This document shows, in pieces, positions 40,546 through 56,799 of a stretch of DNA of 64,000 nt (position 1 is its first letter; each line of letters opens with the position of its first letter). The DNA lies in the NCBI GenBank assembly GCA_951406725.2, contig OX597816.1:154876001-154940000 (forward strand). The letters are read 5' to 3'. Source of the stretch: Octopus vulgaris. Taxonomy: Eukaryota. The position numbers and the translations under genes are program-made. The notes beneath the pieces are model-generated. The model was not told the DNA's origin and did not search any database. It was given only the letters and a program-made list of their open reading frames with translations.

Positions 40546-41329
40546 AACTAGGAATTAGTTAGCCCATTGATTTGTCCAGCGTTTTCCTTTCCAACTGTTA
40601 AACACTAAGATTACTTCCGGGCTCTCTTCTACTTAATGGACCCTGAGAAGCATCGGTATTATTTGTCGATTAAATGAACCCATATACTTCATTTTACTTC
40701 ATTTTAACGACCTCGTATGGGAAAAAAAGACAAATTTAACCTCCGTGACATATACACTGACTATGTAGACAGGAATTAAATACCGCAATGCACTCTCAAA
40801 AGCCGTAATGATTCTGTCAATCCGCCGCCAGAAACTCTTTTAAAAGTTGTGCTCTTTAACAGTAAATTAATCAACCTTATGCTACACAATCCAAGTATAA
40901 TTATATACTTTCTGAAATCTATTTTTCGATCTACAACAATATGTTTCTCAACAACAGACTTACAAATGCTGTCATATGTTCATTTGTCTGCGTTGGAAAA
41001 ATGTCAAACGAATCATGGAATCTGAGCCAACTGATACGTTATTAATACAATGCAGTTAAGTCCAGTAGAGAAGCTTAAGTATGCTTGGATTCATAAACGT
41101 GTTCGTGTGCGCGCGCACACACACACCACTGAACATGCGTATGTGTACATGCACTCACGTAGATACATATAACTATATAAAATAACATGCTCGCATACAC
41201 TCATTCATTTTGTTAGCCATCCGTCTCTGCCCGCATTGAATTTATCAGTGCTGTCATCCAGGAGTGTTCAAACTGAGTCGAGTTTTACATGCCCTTGCAT
41301 GTGTTGAGCACACATATATGATGGTTGTG

Positions 41330-41900
41330 TTGCCAGCATGGACCAGTTTTCGCCTGTTCCTTTCTTGTAGTCTATCTACGGTATTGACTACAAATGAGCA
41401 CTAGCTATCACGGTCTTTTTGTTAGTTTTCCTCCACTAAATACAGAGTACATTTCACTGTTTGATAATGACATCTGTATAGCCTTTTTTTTTTTTACCTC
41501 CCTAATGTCTGGGCCTAGTTTCTTTCTCGGAAGGAAATACTGTCTAAGGTAGTTCGATCTCGGATATGCACACACCGTCTTCTCAGTTATGCTTTGGTTA
41601 CCAAGCATTCAATGCCAGCAAACTTTGTTTGCCGTAGAACCTGATCGTTGGCCAGCAATTCAAATTATAAATTTCTCCTGTCTACGTGCCGTAGTCATTA
41701 TAGATAGAAGGTTTCTAGTTGCGTTTTTTCATCTCCCCCATAAAGTCTAGCTTTCACAGCAACAAACAAGAGAAGATACAAACATTGCTTCCTACACATC
41801 ACGTTTGATTTGATGGACATATTCTTATTGCCGTAGATGAACTTTCGTATATTCAAATTGACCTTGTGTCATCTCTTTTCTATTATTTGGAGGAAATATT
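41330..41900 (-). mobile_element. Possible decayed RTE endonuclease region
   Basis: Weak resemblance only (YSVFSGG; RQEKFII). Confidence 0.3.
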
Positions 41901-42268
41901 TAAAATGAATATTCTTAAGTCTTTGTAATATTCAGTAGATTGCAGTACGATGCTGCTGACGACCTGATAACGATGGTTGAATTGGAAACTGGAATCGGAC
42001 TTCCGTCGATCAATTTTTAATTTAATGTCATGCTCGTTTACTCACAATATTGGACGAATGCACTGGCGTGATTCAAATTTATTCACAGAAAATGCTTGAG
42101 AAAATTCAACTTTAGAAAATGTATACTTATGCATACATGCACAAACAATAAGTTACTCACTTAGCTCCACAGACATACGCACACGTGCAAACACAAATAA
42201 ACAGAATCAATCACACGCATTTTATGCATACATTCATACATACATAAATGCATACATATATATATATA

Positions 42269-45200
42269 TGTCAGTGATTGGCAGTTCGCGTTGGTATCAT
42301 TTCACTGTGAGTCTTTGTATGGTGCGTTGAATCTCGTGTAATAGTAATAGTAGTGCGTCGTGTATATACTTTCTTCCCCCTGCTTCGTTTTATCATATAC
42401 CCAATACTAGCATATAAAAGAGGCGACGTGTTGTTCGAAGCCTGCACTAGACGTTTAATTTCTTTATATTTTGGTACGAAACCAAAGGAAAAATCGTTTT
42501 AACAAGGAAGACGTACTGGTCCCCGTGTGCAGTTGTAATAGCAATAGCAGCAGCAGCAACAACAACAACAATAGTTACAGTAGCAACTACAACAGAGCAG
42601 CAACTACAGCAGCAGCATCAAGAGCAGAAACAACAACAACAAAACCAACATTTGCTGGAATTAATGCTAAAGAAGTCTGAAAATACTTTATGTTTATACT
42701 CTCCAGACAGCATAGCAAACTCAATTGAAGAATTCAGCAATAAACCAGAAGAGATTACCTTCTCTGCATATTTTTGTAGATACGAAGAAATCTTCAAAGA
42801 AGAGTGTAAAAGTTGGTCCGACAAGAAAGAAGTACGATTACTTTTAAGGAAGTTATCCCCTGCACGAAAAATATAGTAATTATATTCTCCCGAAGAAACC
42901 AGGTGAGATTTGTTTCGATGAAACAATATTTTATCGCAAATTTTCAGTGAAAGAAGTTCCCTGTTCAATACTTGCTGGCAATGTTTAAATTTGGTAAAAA
43001 AGATGATAAAGATTTCGTCACCTGTGCCAGATTGTATAACAGAGTGAGAAATTCATATTGAACGAGTTGGTTCCGGACATGTTCAAGTCTTTAATTTTTG
43101 TTCAAGGGCTTACTGCAAACAAAGATGCAGTAATACGTTCCCGGATATTCACAAAATTAGAACAGGACCACAATTTAACTGTACAGGCATTAATTAAAGA
43201 ACGTCAGAGGATTATTAATCTACGACATGACGCAAATAAAATTGAAGGGATTGTTCTCAGATTCAAGAGTGTCGAATAAGAAAATATAAGAAAATAAGAA
43301 AATATAAGACGTATAAGAAAATAAGAAAATAAGAAAATATAAGACGTATAAGAAAATAAACAAAAAATATCAAGACCGAATCCATGTTATGGGTGCGGTG
43401 GCCTACATTTTAAAAATAACTCTCCATTTAAAAATATGAATTGGTACAAGTGTAGTAAAATACGCTATAAAATGTTGCATTGAACGTAAAAAAACGGTTC
43501 AAAAGGAAAAATCGCGTAAACAGATTATCGGTGACAAAAAATTCGAACGAGCCTAAAAAAAAAAATTGTGAATGTAAAAATTAATAGCACAAACGCAAAG
43601 TTACAGTTGGATATAGGCAGCGACATCTCAAAAATTAACACAGATACATAGAAAAAGATCGGGAGACCTAAATTTAATGAAACCTCGAAAATTGCTCGTT
43701 GTGTTTCAGGAAAAATATTATATTTTAAGGGCGAATTGGTAGCATCACATTTTGTGAAAAAATCCTAATGGCTAAAGCTCTTGTGGATGGAATTGTTCAA
43801 TTTATGGGACCTCCCCATAAATCTTTTCTGTAAAAACATGAATGGTTTTTCCTTCGGTACAGATAAGTCGTCAGACGAAATGAAGAGAAAATTCAAAAAT
43901 ATTTTTCCTGAGTTACTGTCTGATAAATTAGATCTGTGTACCAAAACGAAGACACAGTTTCAAATATAAGAAAATACCATACCGACATAAAAAAAAACTG
44001 TACCGTTCGCCGCGTTAGAACAGATAAATTTAGAGAGACTAGAAAAAATTTTAATTATCTAAATGGGAAGCTGCAGCTGTGTTCGTTAAGAAAAAGAATG
44101 ATAAAATCAGAGTGTAGCGATTTTTTTTCTACTGGAAATGAACCCAAGGCGTAAGAGATAAGGGGCTGTTAATTCTAAAAAAGGGAGATTTTGTGGAAAG
44201 ATTCCGACCAACCCCAAGTGACTAAAGGTGGACTGACTCATTGCTATAAAATAAAAGACTGTCAGTGATTGCCAGTTCGTGTGATAGCAATTTTCTGTTA
44301 AATCATTTTGATTCCTGTGGACATAAGTCGTATTGTTGTATATTTGTTGAAGGATAACCTATAATTTGTTGAATTACTGTTACTGTTTTTTACCTACGGG
44401 TTTGTAATTTTGTATTTGTTTTCTTCCCCATTTATGGGTGAAGTGGAGAAGGATAGAAGGATAGAGTGCGAACCAGTTATGCGTCGGTCACTGGCAAAGT
44501 TTTACCGACGCTTTGGAGGTTCAAGAGGTAAAAGTTGAACCAAAGAAGTTGAAAGAGTGCAACAAGTTAATTAAGAGGGAAGGAACTAATTTGATGTTGA
44601 TCCCACCAGAAGAGATAATGAGCAGCGTTGCAAAACGAACCGTGAAAATACTGTCCACATCATCAAAGAAGATAGAAATTGCTACAATAGAAACAATCGA
44701 GGTGAGGTTCGCGAACGGAGAAGATGCGATAAATCACTCCAATGTGGCAGTAAGGACGCAAGAGTGGGTACTTCTTCCAACTTACTGTGGCAATCGAGTG
44801 GCCAGAGTAAGGATATGCAGAGTACCCGCGGAGATTAAAGAGGCATGGCTGGTAGCAGCCGTAATGCACACTGTAGAGGAAGAGACTAAGATATTAAAAG
44901 TAACAATGACTAAAGAGGTGAACTGGTGGAGTTATAGCCTTGAAATGGCCCTACAAGTAAGTCTAAAAGACCTACATGAAATAACGGAAGAAATAATATT
45001 GCCGGACGAGTGAGATTGACAGTGTGGTGGAGGGTAGACCACCAACATGTTACGAATGTGGAGAAAAAGGGCATATGAAAGCAAGGTGCTCCAGAAAAAA
45101 ATTAAAATAAAGAGGACCAGAAACAACAGAGTACTGAACAAGACCAGAATGCTGAAGTGGCGGTACTAGAAGGTGAGACTATAAAGACGATGCTGGAGGG

Positions 45201-45540
45201 GTGGGGAAGAGAAAGAAAATGATTTAAACCGTATGTTAAAACAGTTAAGTGGTACTGCTTGAGAGTGAGGCTCAATGCAACCATTTCATTATCATTAATT
45301 TTATACATCTTTCATTTCATTCGTTTTGTGTTTTTCTCCCCACTGTGGTGTTCTGTCTGTCCTTGTATTGTCCCCTCTGTATTATGGCCAAAGTGCTAAA
45401 TAAAGAATCATCGTATTGGTAGCAGTTCACTGTATATCTTTGAATTAGAGCGTTGAGTCTCGTGTAATAGTAATAGTAGTGCGTCGTGTACATACTTCTT
45501 CCCTCTGCTTCGTTATATTATATATCCAGTACTAAGATAT
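42269..45540 (+). mobile_element. Gypsy-type LTR retrotransposon, internally deleted; 3' LTR interrupted
   Basis: LTR homology between 42269-42415 and 44260-44290 plus 45411-45540; PBS-like AGAGGCGACG; gag TFSAYFCRYEEIF..VRLLLRKL, CYGCGGLH knuckle, protease LQLDIGSDIS, VPFAALEQI; PPT AAAAAAGGGAGA at ~44177. Confidence 0.88.
44292..45410 (+). mobile_element. ORF1-only non-autonomous non-LTR element (HAL1-like, Tx1-type ORF1)
   Basis: ORF 44513-45013 (RVARVRICRVPAEI) followed by VVEGRPPTCYECGEKGHMKARC (CX2CX4HX4C); no ORF2; tail ..TGTCTGTCCTTGTATTGTCCCCTCTG..AATAAAGA; degenerate flanking duplication of LTR sequence. Confidence 0.75.
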
Positions 45541-45859
45541 AAATATTTGTGTATGTGTGTGTCAGTATGTGTTTGTGCGTCTGTGCATGTATGTACACAC
45601 AACACTCTCGGTCTCATAAGCAGACAACCATACGACTTAAATGCTCACCCATGTTAGATATTTTTACGGCTTAGATACAAGTATAGATTACAAGAAAGAG
45701 TCTGTTTCAAGACGAGTTCCAAAGGTTCAATTTTTAATTAATTAATTAGAAGAGAAAGGACACTACCCACAGCCGTTTGCAGGGTCTCTAAGAGCGTCAA
45801 AAAGTATGCAACGGAGTGAATGACTCGCGGTTTAACCTAAGAATTTCAGGCTGTCTTGA

Positions 45860-46160
45860 TGGATATAGTATTCTTTTCACAATCGTATGGTCGTGAGTAG
45901 GATTCATGGTGGCGCGTTGTGTCCTTGAGCAAGATACTTTATTTCACGTTGCTCTTGTCCAATTAGCTGTCAAAAATTACTTGTACATATATTTCAAAGG
46001 CTTAACCTGTCCCATTCTGTGTCACGCTGAATCTCCCTGAGAACTAGGTTAAGGATTTGCGCGTCTGTGGAGTGCTTAGTCACGCGTTAGTTTCTCGAGC
46101 AAGCTGTTCCGTTGATGGGATAAATTGAAACTCTTGTCGTTATAACCGATGGAGTGCCAG
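45860..46160 (+). mobile_element. SINE with CORE-like TGTGTCCTTGAGCAAGATACTT motif
   Basis: Motif at ~45919-45940; decayed tRNA-like head. Confidence 0.55.
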
Positions 46161-46167
46161 CATAGTA

Positions 46168-47046
46168 CTAGGTGGTATCAAAACATTCCCGGACTGGTTC
46201 TGTAGCGCGCCAACAGAAGGCGGCACACTGTTACGTTCGTGGTGAGGGATGGTAATGACCTTCATCAGGCATTGTGCCGAGTGACATCACTCTGTTTACT
46301 TTGCAAGTTGTGAAATTTGTGTTTTTTCGATCTCGTGTACGCTGTTGTCTGCGAATTTTGTCAGGGACAGGAAGTTGTAATAAAAAGAATTAACGTGAAA
46401 TTTTGTGTCAGCTACAAACGTTGAGCATGTTTTGGTAAGCTTACGGCTACGAGGCAATGGGTCGTACGCAACGTTTCAATGGCGCACGACAGAACTGCAG
46501 CTCAACCAAGAATATGCTCATCGTGTTTTAGACATCTGCGGTATTGTGCATCGAGAATTCGTCCTCTATGGTCAGACAATGAATCGAGAGTTCTACTGTA
46601 ACGTTTTGAAGCATTTGTAGGAGGATGTTCGGCGAAAGCGACCGAATCTTTAGCGCGAAGAATTAGGTTCTTCATGACGACAATGCGCCCTGTTATCGAG
46701 CTCTCTTTCTTCTTGTGCTTCTCGCTAAAAACAAGATGGTAGCGCTTCTGCACTCACCCTATTCGCCAGATTTAGCCCCTGTGGACTTCCATCTCTTCCT
46801 CAAGATGAAAATGTCGCTCAAATGTCGCTATTTTAACACTGTTGTCGAAATCCAGAATTGCAGAAGGTCCTCGACTCGCTTATGGAAAACGATTTCCAGG
46901 CAGGATTCCAAAAGTGGCAGGAACGTTGAAACCGCTATATTGGTGCGTGAGATGACTGTTTCGAAGGAGATGATGTTAAAACTTAAGGAAATAAGTTTTA
47001 TTTTTATTAAACATAATTAGTCTGAGAACCTTTTGATACCACCTCC
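46168..47046 (+). mobile_element. Internally deleted mariner element with both TIRs and TA TSD
   Basis: TIR AGGTGGTATCAAAACATTCCCGGACT / AGTCTGAGAACCTTTTGATACCACCT; HDDNAP and HSPYSPDLAPVDFHLF motifs. Confidence 0.92.
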
Positions 47047-47830
47047 TATATCTCTGAAAGATTTTAAGTCAAGATGGAAAGATTTTCCAAAATGCACAAC
47101 GTACTTGTTATTGTATGAAGTGGGCAGTGTCTATTAGACTTCGGGATAGGGACCAATTGCAAGTTTCAAACCACGAGGCTCGAAAAATCTAGCGCTCCAT
47201 GCTCTTACTATACATCTGAGCGCAAGGAAAATAGGAAAGTGTTGCAGTTTGATTGAACGAAATTAAATGATCATAAGGAGATGAAGGATAAATATAACGA
47301 GTAACGGAAGTAGTGATGAAGAGAGAGATAGATAAAGGGAAAGATAGAGGGAGATATATAGAGGTAGATAAATAGATAAAGATAGAGCTAGATAGAAGGA
47401 TAAATAGATAGATAGACAGAGAGAGGGCGAGTGACAGAGACAGAGAGATGGAAATCTATAAGTAACAAGTATTGTAGAGGGAAGTAGAAATAACCAATAT
47501 CTTTGGGGAGAGAGAAGGAAAGCTGTTGTGGAAATAAGAAAAGAGGCCCACAGAGAATAGCAGGGTGAAAAAAGCATAATGAAACAAAAAACTTACTTAA
47601 AGACATTGAAGGACATAGTTCCATAAAAATCCTAGTTTTATAGTGTCAGCGTGTAGTGATGGTTCGTATTCTGTCAGAGATGCCATACAGTGAGTGGAGA
47701 CATTTTATCAGTTAGATTCATACAAAAGCAAAACTTGTTTTCATTATCGAGTATTTATTAATTTCAAGCGCTGTGATAGATGGTATGATGCTATCATTAA
47801 TATTAGAGACAAAGTCAAGCGCCGTGTAGA

Positions 47831-47951
<121 letters not shown>

Positions 47952-50589
47952 TGTATGTATGTGTGTATGACTATGTGTATGTGCACACGTGTATTACATA
48001 CAATTAGAATACTGGCATATAACCAAGGGTTAGTGTGAAATATTGAATCTTCCAAAATCCAATACCACACACATATGTGTGTATATGTGTTTGTATGTAT
48101 GGATGTACACACACACACACACTCTCTCTCTCTCTCACCCTCTTTCTCTTTCACAGACATATATATATGTATGTGTGTATGTGTGTGTGTGTGTGTGTGC
48201 GTGCGTGCGTGTGTGTGTGTGTGTGTATACAAGCCAATTAACGAGAATATTTAATAACAATGAAATAAATCACGCCAAGAGCTATCGGGAGAGAGGGACT
48301 AGAGTCTAAAACCGATATTTGATGCATATTAATAAAGCGTATTGATTATATCATGTTGAAGATGAAAACAGCGTCATTGTTTATCAATCAACATTTTAGC
48401 ATGTGGTTGATGACTTCTTGTTTCTACGGTGTTGGTGGCTTAGTAAAATGTGTAGGGTCGTTTATGTACAGCACGAATAAACGTTCCTTAGAGAAAAACT
48501 GGAAAAATCGAATAAAACTTAAAGAAAAATAAACAAACGCTTGCATAGTAAAAACAATTGCTGGATATCTTCGACTATCGTAAGAGAATAACGAATTTCA
48601 AAAGTCGATCTGTGCCATAGATATTTATATATACCAAGATTCTGCTTCTTGAATATTCCATGGTTTTTAGCTAAATAGTAACTATAAATTTTGGCTAATT
48701 AATTAATCTAACTTCGATATTTCTTATGATAGGAATATTCTGACAAAATTTGTTTGCATAAAAAATGTTCTTAGTATGTCTGCGAATAATGACTTAATTT
48801 ACATATTATCATGATAAGTTTAGTGCTTGTGCCTATAGTAAAAAAATATATCATTCTGATTAATATTTCATGATCTTTATCACTTGCACTTGTCATGTTC
48901 TTTAGAAATTGGTTCGCTTTGTATATAACCCGTAAGTATATATTCGACTCTCTTCAGTTATTTATCGCACTATATCACTTACTAATCTTTTACAATCCCT
49001 GAAATGAGTATCCAGCTGATGGAAACAACGACGTTGTTAACAGACTTAACAAGGACAGTCGACTTTGGATTTCTATATTCCTATATTCCTATATTTTGAT
49101 TTTGGATTTCTCTCCGTTTTTGGAAATATACATATACATAGACAAACGCGTGGGCACACACAACCGCGCACACACGCACACATGTGTTGGGGCAACGTTA
49201 ATGATTCTCTTTATACTTATTCATATTTTGAAACAAAGCAATCAAATCGGCTATTTCAGACAAAATGAATAAATGAATCCTGCCAATATAGTCGACGATA
49301 TATAAGGCCACTATAACAATTGATGACAATACACAAGAAAATTATACTGGACTCACACACAACGCATACACATTATCTTCATTAAGATCGTTTCGATTAA
49401 TCCTTTATGACTCTTAATTAATACTTAATGATTCTGAAGACTCTATAGTAGTCATGATTGTTTAGAAGATGACCGTTCTATTCGTCGTGCAGTTTTATCA
49501 CATTTTACATAAATATTACACATTAACTCACTAATCTAGCGACGGTTATATTTGCGTATTTCAACAGCTCAGTATTGCTCAGTAACTCGACGTGAAATCG
49601 CAAACCTCCGACTTGAAGGCTAACACTTTATCTACCGAGTAATTCCTTTGTGATCTTAATAAATATTACTAGAGTGATTATGTTATTTTTGAGACCCCCA
49701 CCCAGTAAGATAAAGAAACGAAAAATCTAATAATTCTACAGGAAATTCGAACAATATTTAATTGAAGTTTGAATTCTATGAAAGGAAGTAGTAATTTTAT
49801 CGATTATTGACGAATATAAAGTGCAGTAATTAATTAGTAACAACAAAAACATCAACAGCAAATTATCATTATATTTAAAAATAAAGGGAAAAAGTCATGT
49901 ATCAAATGTATAATCTATACTTGAGCTTTTTCAGGACAGTAAACTCTTGAAAGGAAATTTGAATGATTATAATTATTTAAAAATTACTGTATTAATTGTT
50001 GAAGCACAAAATTAGTGCGCTTTTCATATTTATTTTCCATTTTCTGGAAAAAAAAGAAAGTGGCTTTCCCATGAAAGTAGGGCACAACTTATTGAATTAA
50101 TCGCAATCTGTATGTATGATTGTATATGTATGTAAATATGTATGTGTGTATGGTGTGTATGTATGCTATTTGCTTGGTACTTTAAATTGATCCGAACAAA
50201 CTGCAATTAAATAATGAAAAACATAAAATTGTAAACAGATGTAAGCACAATACAATCATACTTAAATTGTATTATTCAAAGAAAACCTGATTTCCATATA
50301 TTCGTATACACACACACCCATACACATATACACACATATATACATGTGTTAATGAATATATATATATAAATAATATATATATATGCATACATAGCTACGT
50401 ATATGTACATACTTTTACATATATATATATATATATGCATATGTGGGCACAGGACGTCACAAAACGTGTACAACAAAAAATACGAAAGAAACAAATGGAA
50501 AACAACATAAAAAACGGACCCTTCATCAGTTTTTGGCTGTTTTCTACTCTCGTATATCGAGCATTTAACAACAACAATATATATATATA

Positions 50590-51420
50590 TAATAAAATAT
50601 TAGGGAATAAATCCAAACTTACAGGGAAAAATCAGATGTAGGATTAAATCCAATTTTATAGTAAAATATTATATTATATTAAATTAGAGATAAAACCACT
50701 ATTAGGCAAATCAAACAATGAAAAACATAAGCCAATACATAAAATTAATTAATTTATATTATTTTAAATATATATCAAAAGTACTAAAAGTTTAATAAAA
50801 GATAATGAGTAAAACACTACGATCGTTTCATGGCTGTCCAATTCGTAATAATTCGAGTCATGGTTACAGTCAATCTTCAGGTAATTGAAATATCTAAAAT
50901 ATAATCAGAAATATTTAAACAATATTTTTAAGATATAAATAATATAATAATGTAAAGTATAGAAGCCATCTTATCATGGCTAACCACATTGGGGAGGGGG
51001 TGTTACTGTAGCTTTATAGCCCCAAGAGATCTTCGTCTCTAGCTGGCTTTGGATACAATATGTGTGTCCTTGGAGTATTTGCAAAGGGAGGCCATCCCTT
51101 CCTCGCAAGCCTGAGTGATACGCTCGAACTAGTTTCGGGATTGTTGTCTCCCTTTGCAAATACTCCAATGGTTTATCATTGTAAATAGAATGAAGTCACA
51201 AATAAAGAATAAAATCTCTCTATACTATAATATTTATTAATAAAATAACTATGATAAATAATACTTAATACAAAATAAATTAAATGATTTAAATGATTAA
51301 AAACCACTAATTATTAAATATATTCTAAAAATCTTATATGATTAATAAATATATAAAAATTTATTTATATAGTAACTCCTCAACATACTATAAAGTCTTT
51401 CCTATGCCCTTATAATTATA
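50590..51420 (-). mobile_element. PLE pLTR-like region with hammerhead
   Basis: Terminal ATTAGAGATAAAACCACTATTAGGCAAATC also at ~53568 and ~55081; hammerhead at 50813-50886. Confidence 0.55.
50813..50886 (-). ncRNA. Type-I hammerhead ribozyme motif, intact core, palindromic stem III, GUA triplet
   Basis: Reverse complement: AATTAC-CTGAAGA-tTGACTGT..ACAGCCAt-GAAA-CGATCG-TA-GTGTT. Confidence 0.7.
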
Positions 51421-51538
51421 AGCTAAAATTAGTGATCATAACCAAATCTATAAATACTTATCAAAATTTGTAGTATAACTATACATACGTATACATAAAT
51501 ATATAAACAAATATACATACATATACATATATATATAC

Positions 51539-51586
<48 letters not shown>

Positions 51587-51590
51587 ATAC

Positions 51591-51621
<31 letters not shown>

Positions 51622-52324
51622 CATACATATACATATACATACACATATACACATACACACATACATACATATACATATATACACACATATATACACACAC
51701 ATACACACATACACATATGCACACTCATACATACATGTACATACATACAATACTCAATATATACACTTACACCTATATACACCCACCCACACACATACAC
51801 ATTAATAAATGTATATACATATACATATATATACACACACATCAACATATACACATATATACATATACACACAACCACATATATCATATAATAAATACAT
51901 ATATAAATGTCTATATTCATACTACAATACAAAATAGAGGTAAATATTAAGTTAAATCTAAATAATTAATATACTAATCTATACTTCTATATTAAATAAA
52001 ATAGATTAAATAAACAACTAAATAAATCTATTTCAAATATAAAGAGATTACAAACAAATAGATTAATATAACAAAAATTATGATTTAACGAAGTTATAAC
52101 AGAAATATAACAAAATATATAAAATAAATAAAATTGTAACTTACCAGACTCTATATTCAATAAACCATTAAATATTTATTAAAAATATATTTAGTAATAA
52201 AATATTTAGTAATAAAATGAACAACTATATATAATCTAACTATAATTAAAAACAGAACCTAAATAACTAAAATAAACTAATATAATAAGTACTACAAATC
52301 ACCTGCTATATATATATATATATA

Positions 52325-53244
52325 AAACTTAGATAAAACTTAGATATGTTTCGACCAGAGATTGGTCCAGGCCATGTCTAACTTAATAGCACCACCTGAT
52401 AGGATTATTCGTTTCCTGTTTAAGTCAAGTTTTGTTCAAGTAGTGAGTTCTTGTTGGGTGAGTTGTATCCAATTATGGGTGGCTTATCTGGTATTCTTTG
52501 AAGGAATCTATCCAGACTCTGTTTGAATTTGATGGGATCCTTTTCCTCTTTGATCTCCCTCGGGACAATGTTAAATAGGGCAGGGCCTGTTGAGGAAAAT
52601 AAATTATGTTGCAGTGTACATGTATGTTGTGATCTTGAATTTGGCAGGGGAGGTATAGCCCGTGGTCCAAGTCTTGGATGAACCTTGAAGCTAATGTTTA
52701 GGTCGTTTGGGCAAAGTTGGCGGTATATTTTCCACATCGTACAAATGATGTACCGTTGACGGCGACGCTGGAGGGAGTAAAGTTTCAAGGCTTTAAGGCG
52801 ATCCCAATAATCGAGAGCAGCCATGCCTTCAATTTGTTTAGTGAGAGCCCTCTGGGGTGACTCAATTCTGGAGATGTTTTGTCTTGTGTGAGGAGACCAC
52901 AGTGGGCAGCAGTATTCAAGGTGTGGCCGTACAAAGGAGGAAAAAAGTGGTATGATGACACCTTGTTCTCTGGACCGGAAAGTTCTTAAGATCCATGTGT
53001 GCACTCCAACTGAGATCGTCATCAACAATTACATCCTACGAGCTATATCGACATTCTTGTTGATGTGTGCACTCCAACTGAGATCGTCATCAACAATTAC
53101 ACCCAGGTCTCTGATATTGTTAGAGGTTGTGAGCGGTTCCCCTGAAGGAAGAGATTATGGTTGTTTTAGTGAGGAATTTCTTCCGAAATGCATCAGCTCA
53201 AATTTTCCCTCATTCAGTTGCATTTTGTTTCTGTCTGCCATTGA

Positions 53245-53247
<3 letters not shown>
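52325..53247 (-). mobile_element. CR1-type LINE 3' fragment inside (TA)n
   Basis: [56 protein letters not shown]; 3' stem-loop and (TCTAAGTTT)2. Confidence 0.92.
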
Positions 53248-55710
<2,463 letters not shown>

Positions 55711-56095
55711 TATGTATTTACAGTGGTTTCAATTCAGATCCTCAGTAAATTAATTAAATCAAAAATCATTTGAAAGTTGAATCTCTTCCGAGGTAGATAA
55801 AAATATACAAAAGAGTTGTTCAATTTCCTCATGTTGAGGAAACGGTTGCAAACCGCTAACTGATAAAAATCTATACATAAAGAACAGTATACAAATGGCA
55901 GAGCCCTTAGAAGGAGAGTAAGGTTGTGTATAATGGAGATGTAAAACAATATATTCATCTTGAGTGTTTGGTATGATAAAGCTCAAATAGGTATAATTGG
56001 TTAAAATGTCATATTAATGCAATACGACCGTTTAATACTTGACATCCGGTCATTTATTTAATTTCATTAGCCTTATTTCGAGTTTTGTGGATAAT

Positions 56096-56126
<31 letters not shown>

Positions 56127-56177
56127 CACACACACACACATATATATATATACACACACACGCACACTATAAATCTT

Positions 56178-56288
<111 letters not shown>

Positions 56289-56799
56289 GAGTGAGATAGC
56301 AAAGCATACCACCGAAGTCACACTGGGGTACAAATATACGCAGCTCAATATACCCATGCTGACAACTCGTCTGATAAGTTTAATAATGATAGTAATAACT
56401 CTTTCTAATTAAGACCGGCAGTTAAGACAGGTAGTGTGACAAGTCGATTATATCTGTCCCGGTCCTACCTCCTGGTACTTATTTTATCGATCCCCGAAAG
56501 GCAAAATCGAATATCAACTGTTTTCTTTTTATACATCATGTGTAAACGAAAGTACTACATAAAAAGTGTATATCTGTGGAGAATTCCTAATAGAAAATTG
56601 TTCTCATGTTTGTCCAACATGTACAATTTTGTGATTTCCTTTATTCCGACTATCTTCATTTTATCTGATATTGTCAAATCAATTTTGGATACTTGTATCT
56701 TGAAAAACTTACTTTTCATACATTTTATACAATGATTCGGTCTTCTTTTAGCCTTGAGCTGAAAAAAAATCATTTATATAATATCTGTCTTTGAGTGAA

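Noticed and set aside
50515-50545. Hammerhead (reverse complement CTGATGAAGGG)
   Set aside because: Stem II/GAAA half is missing; at most a deleted remnant.
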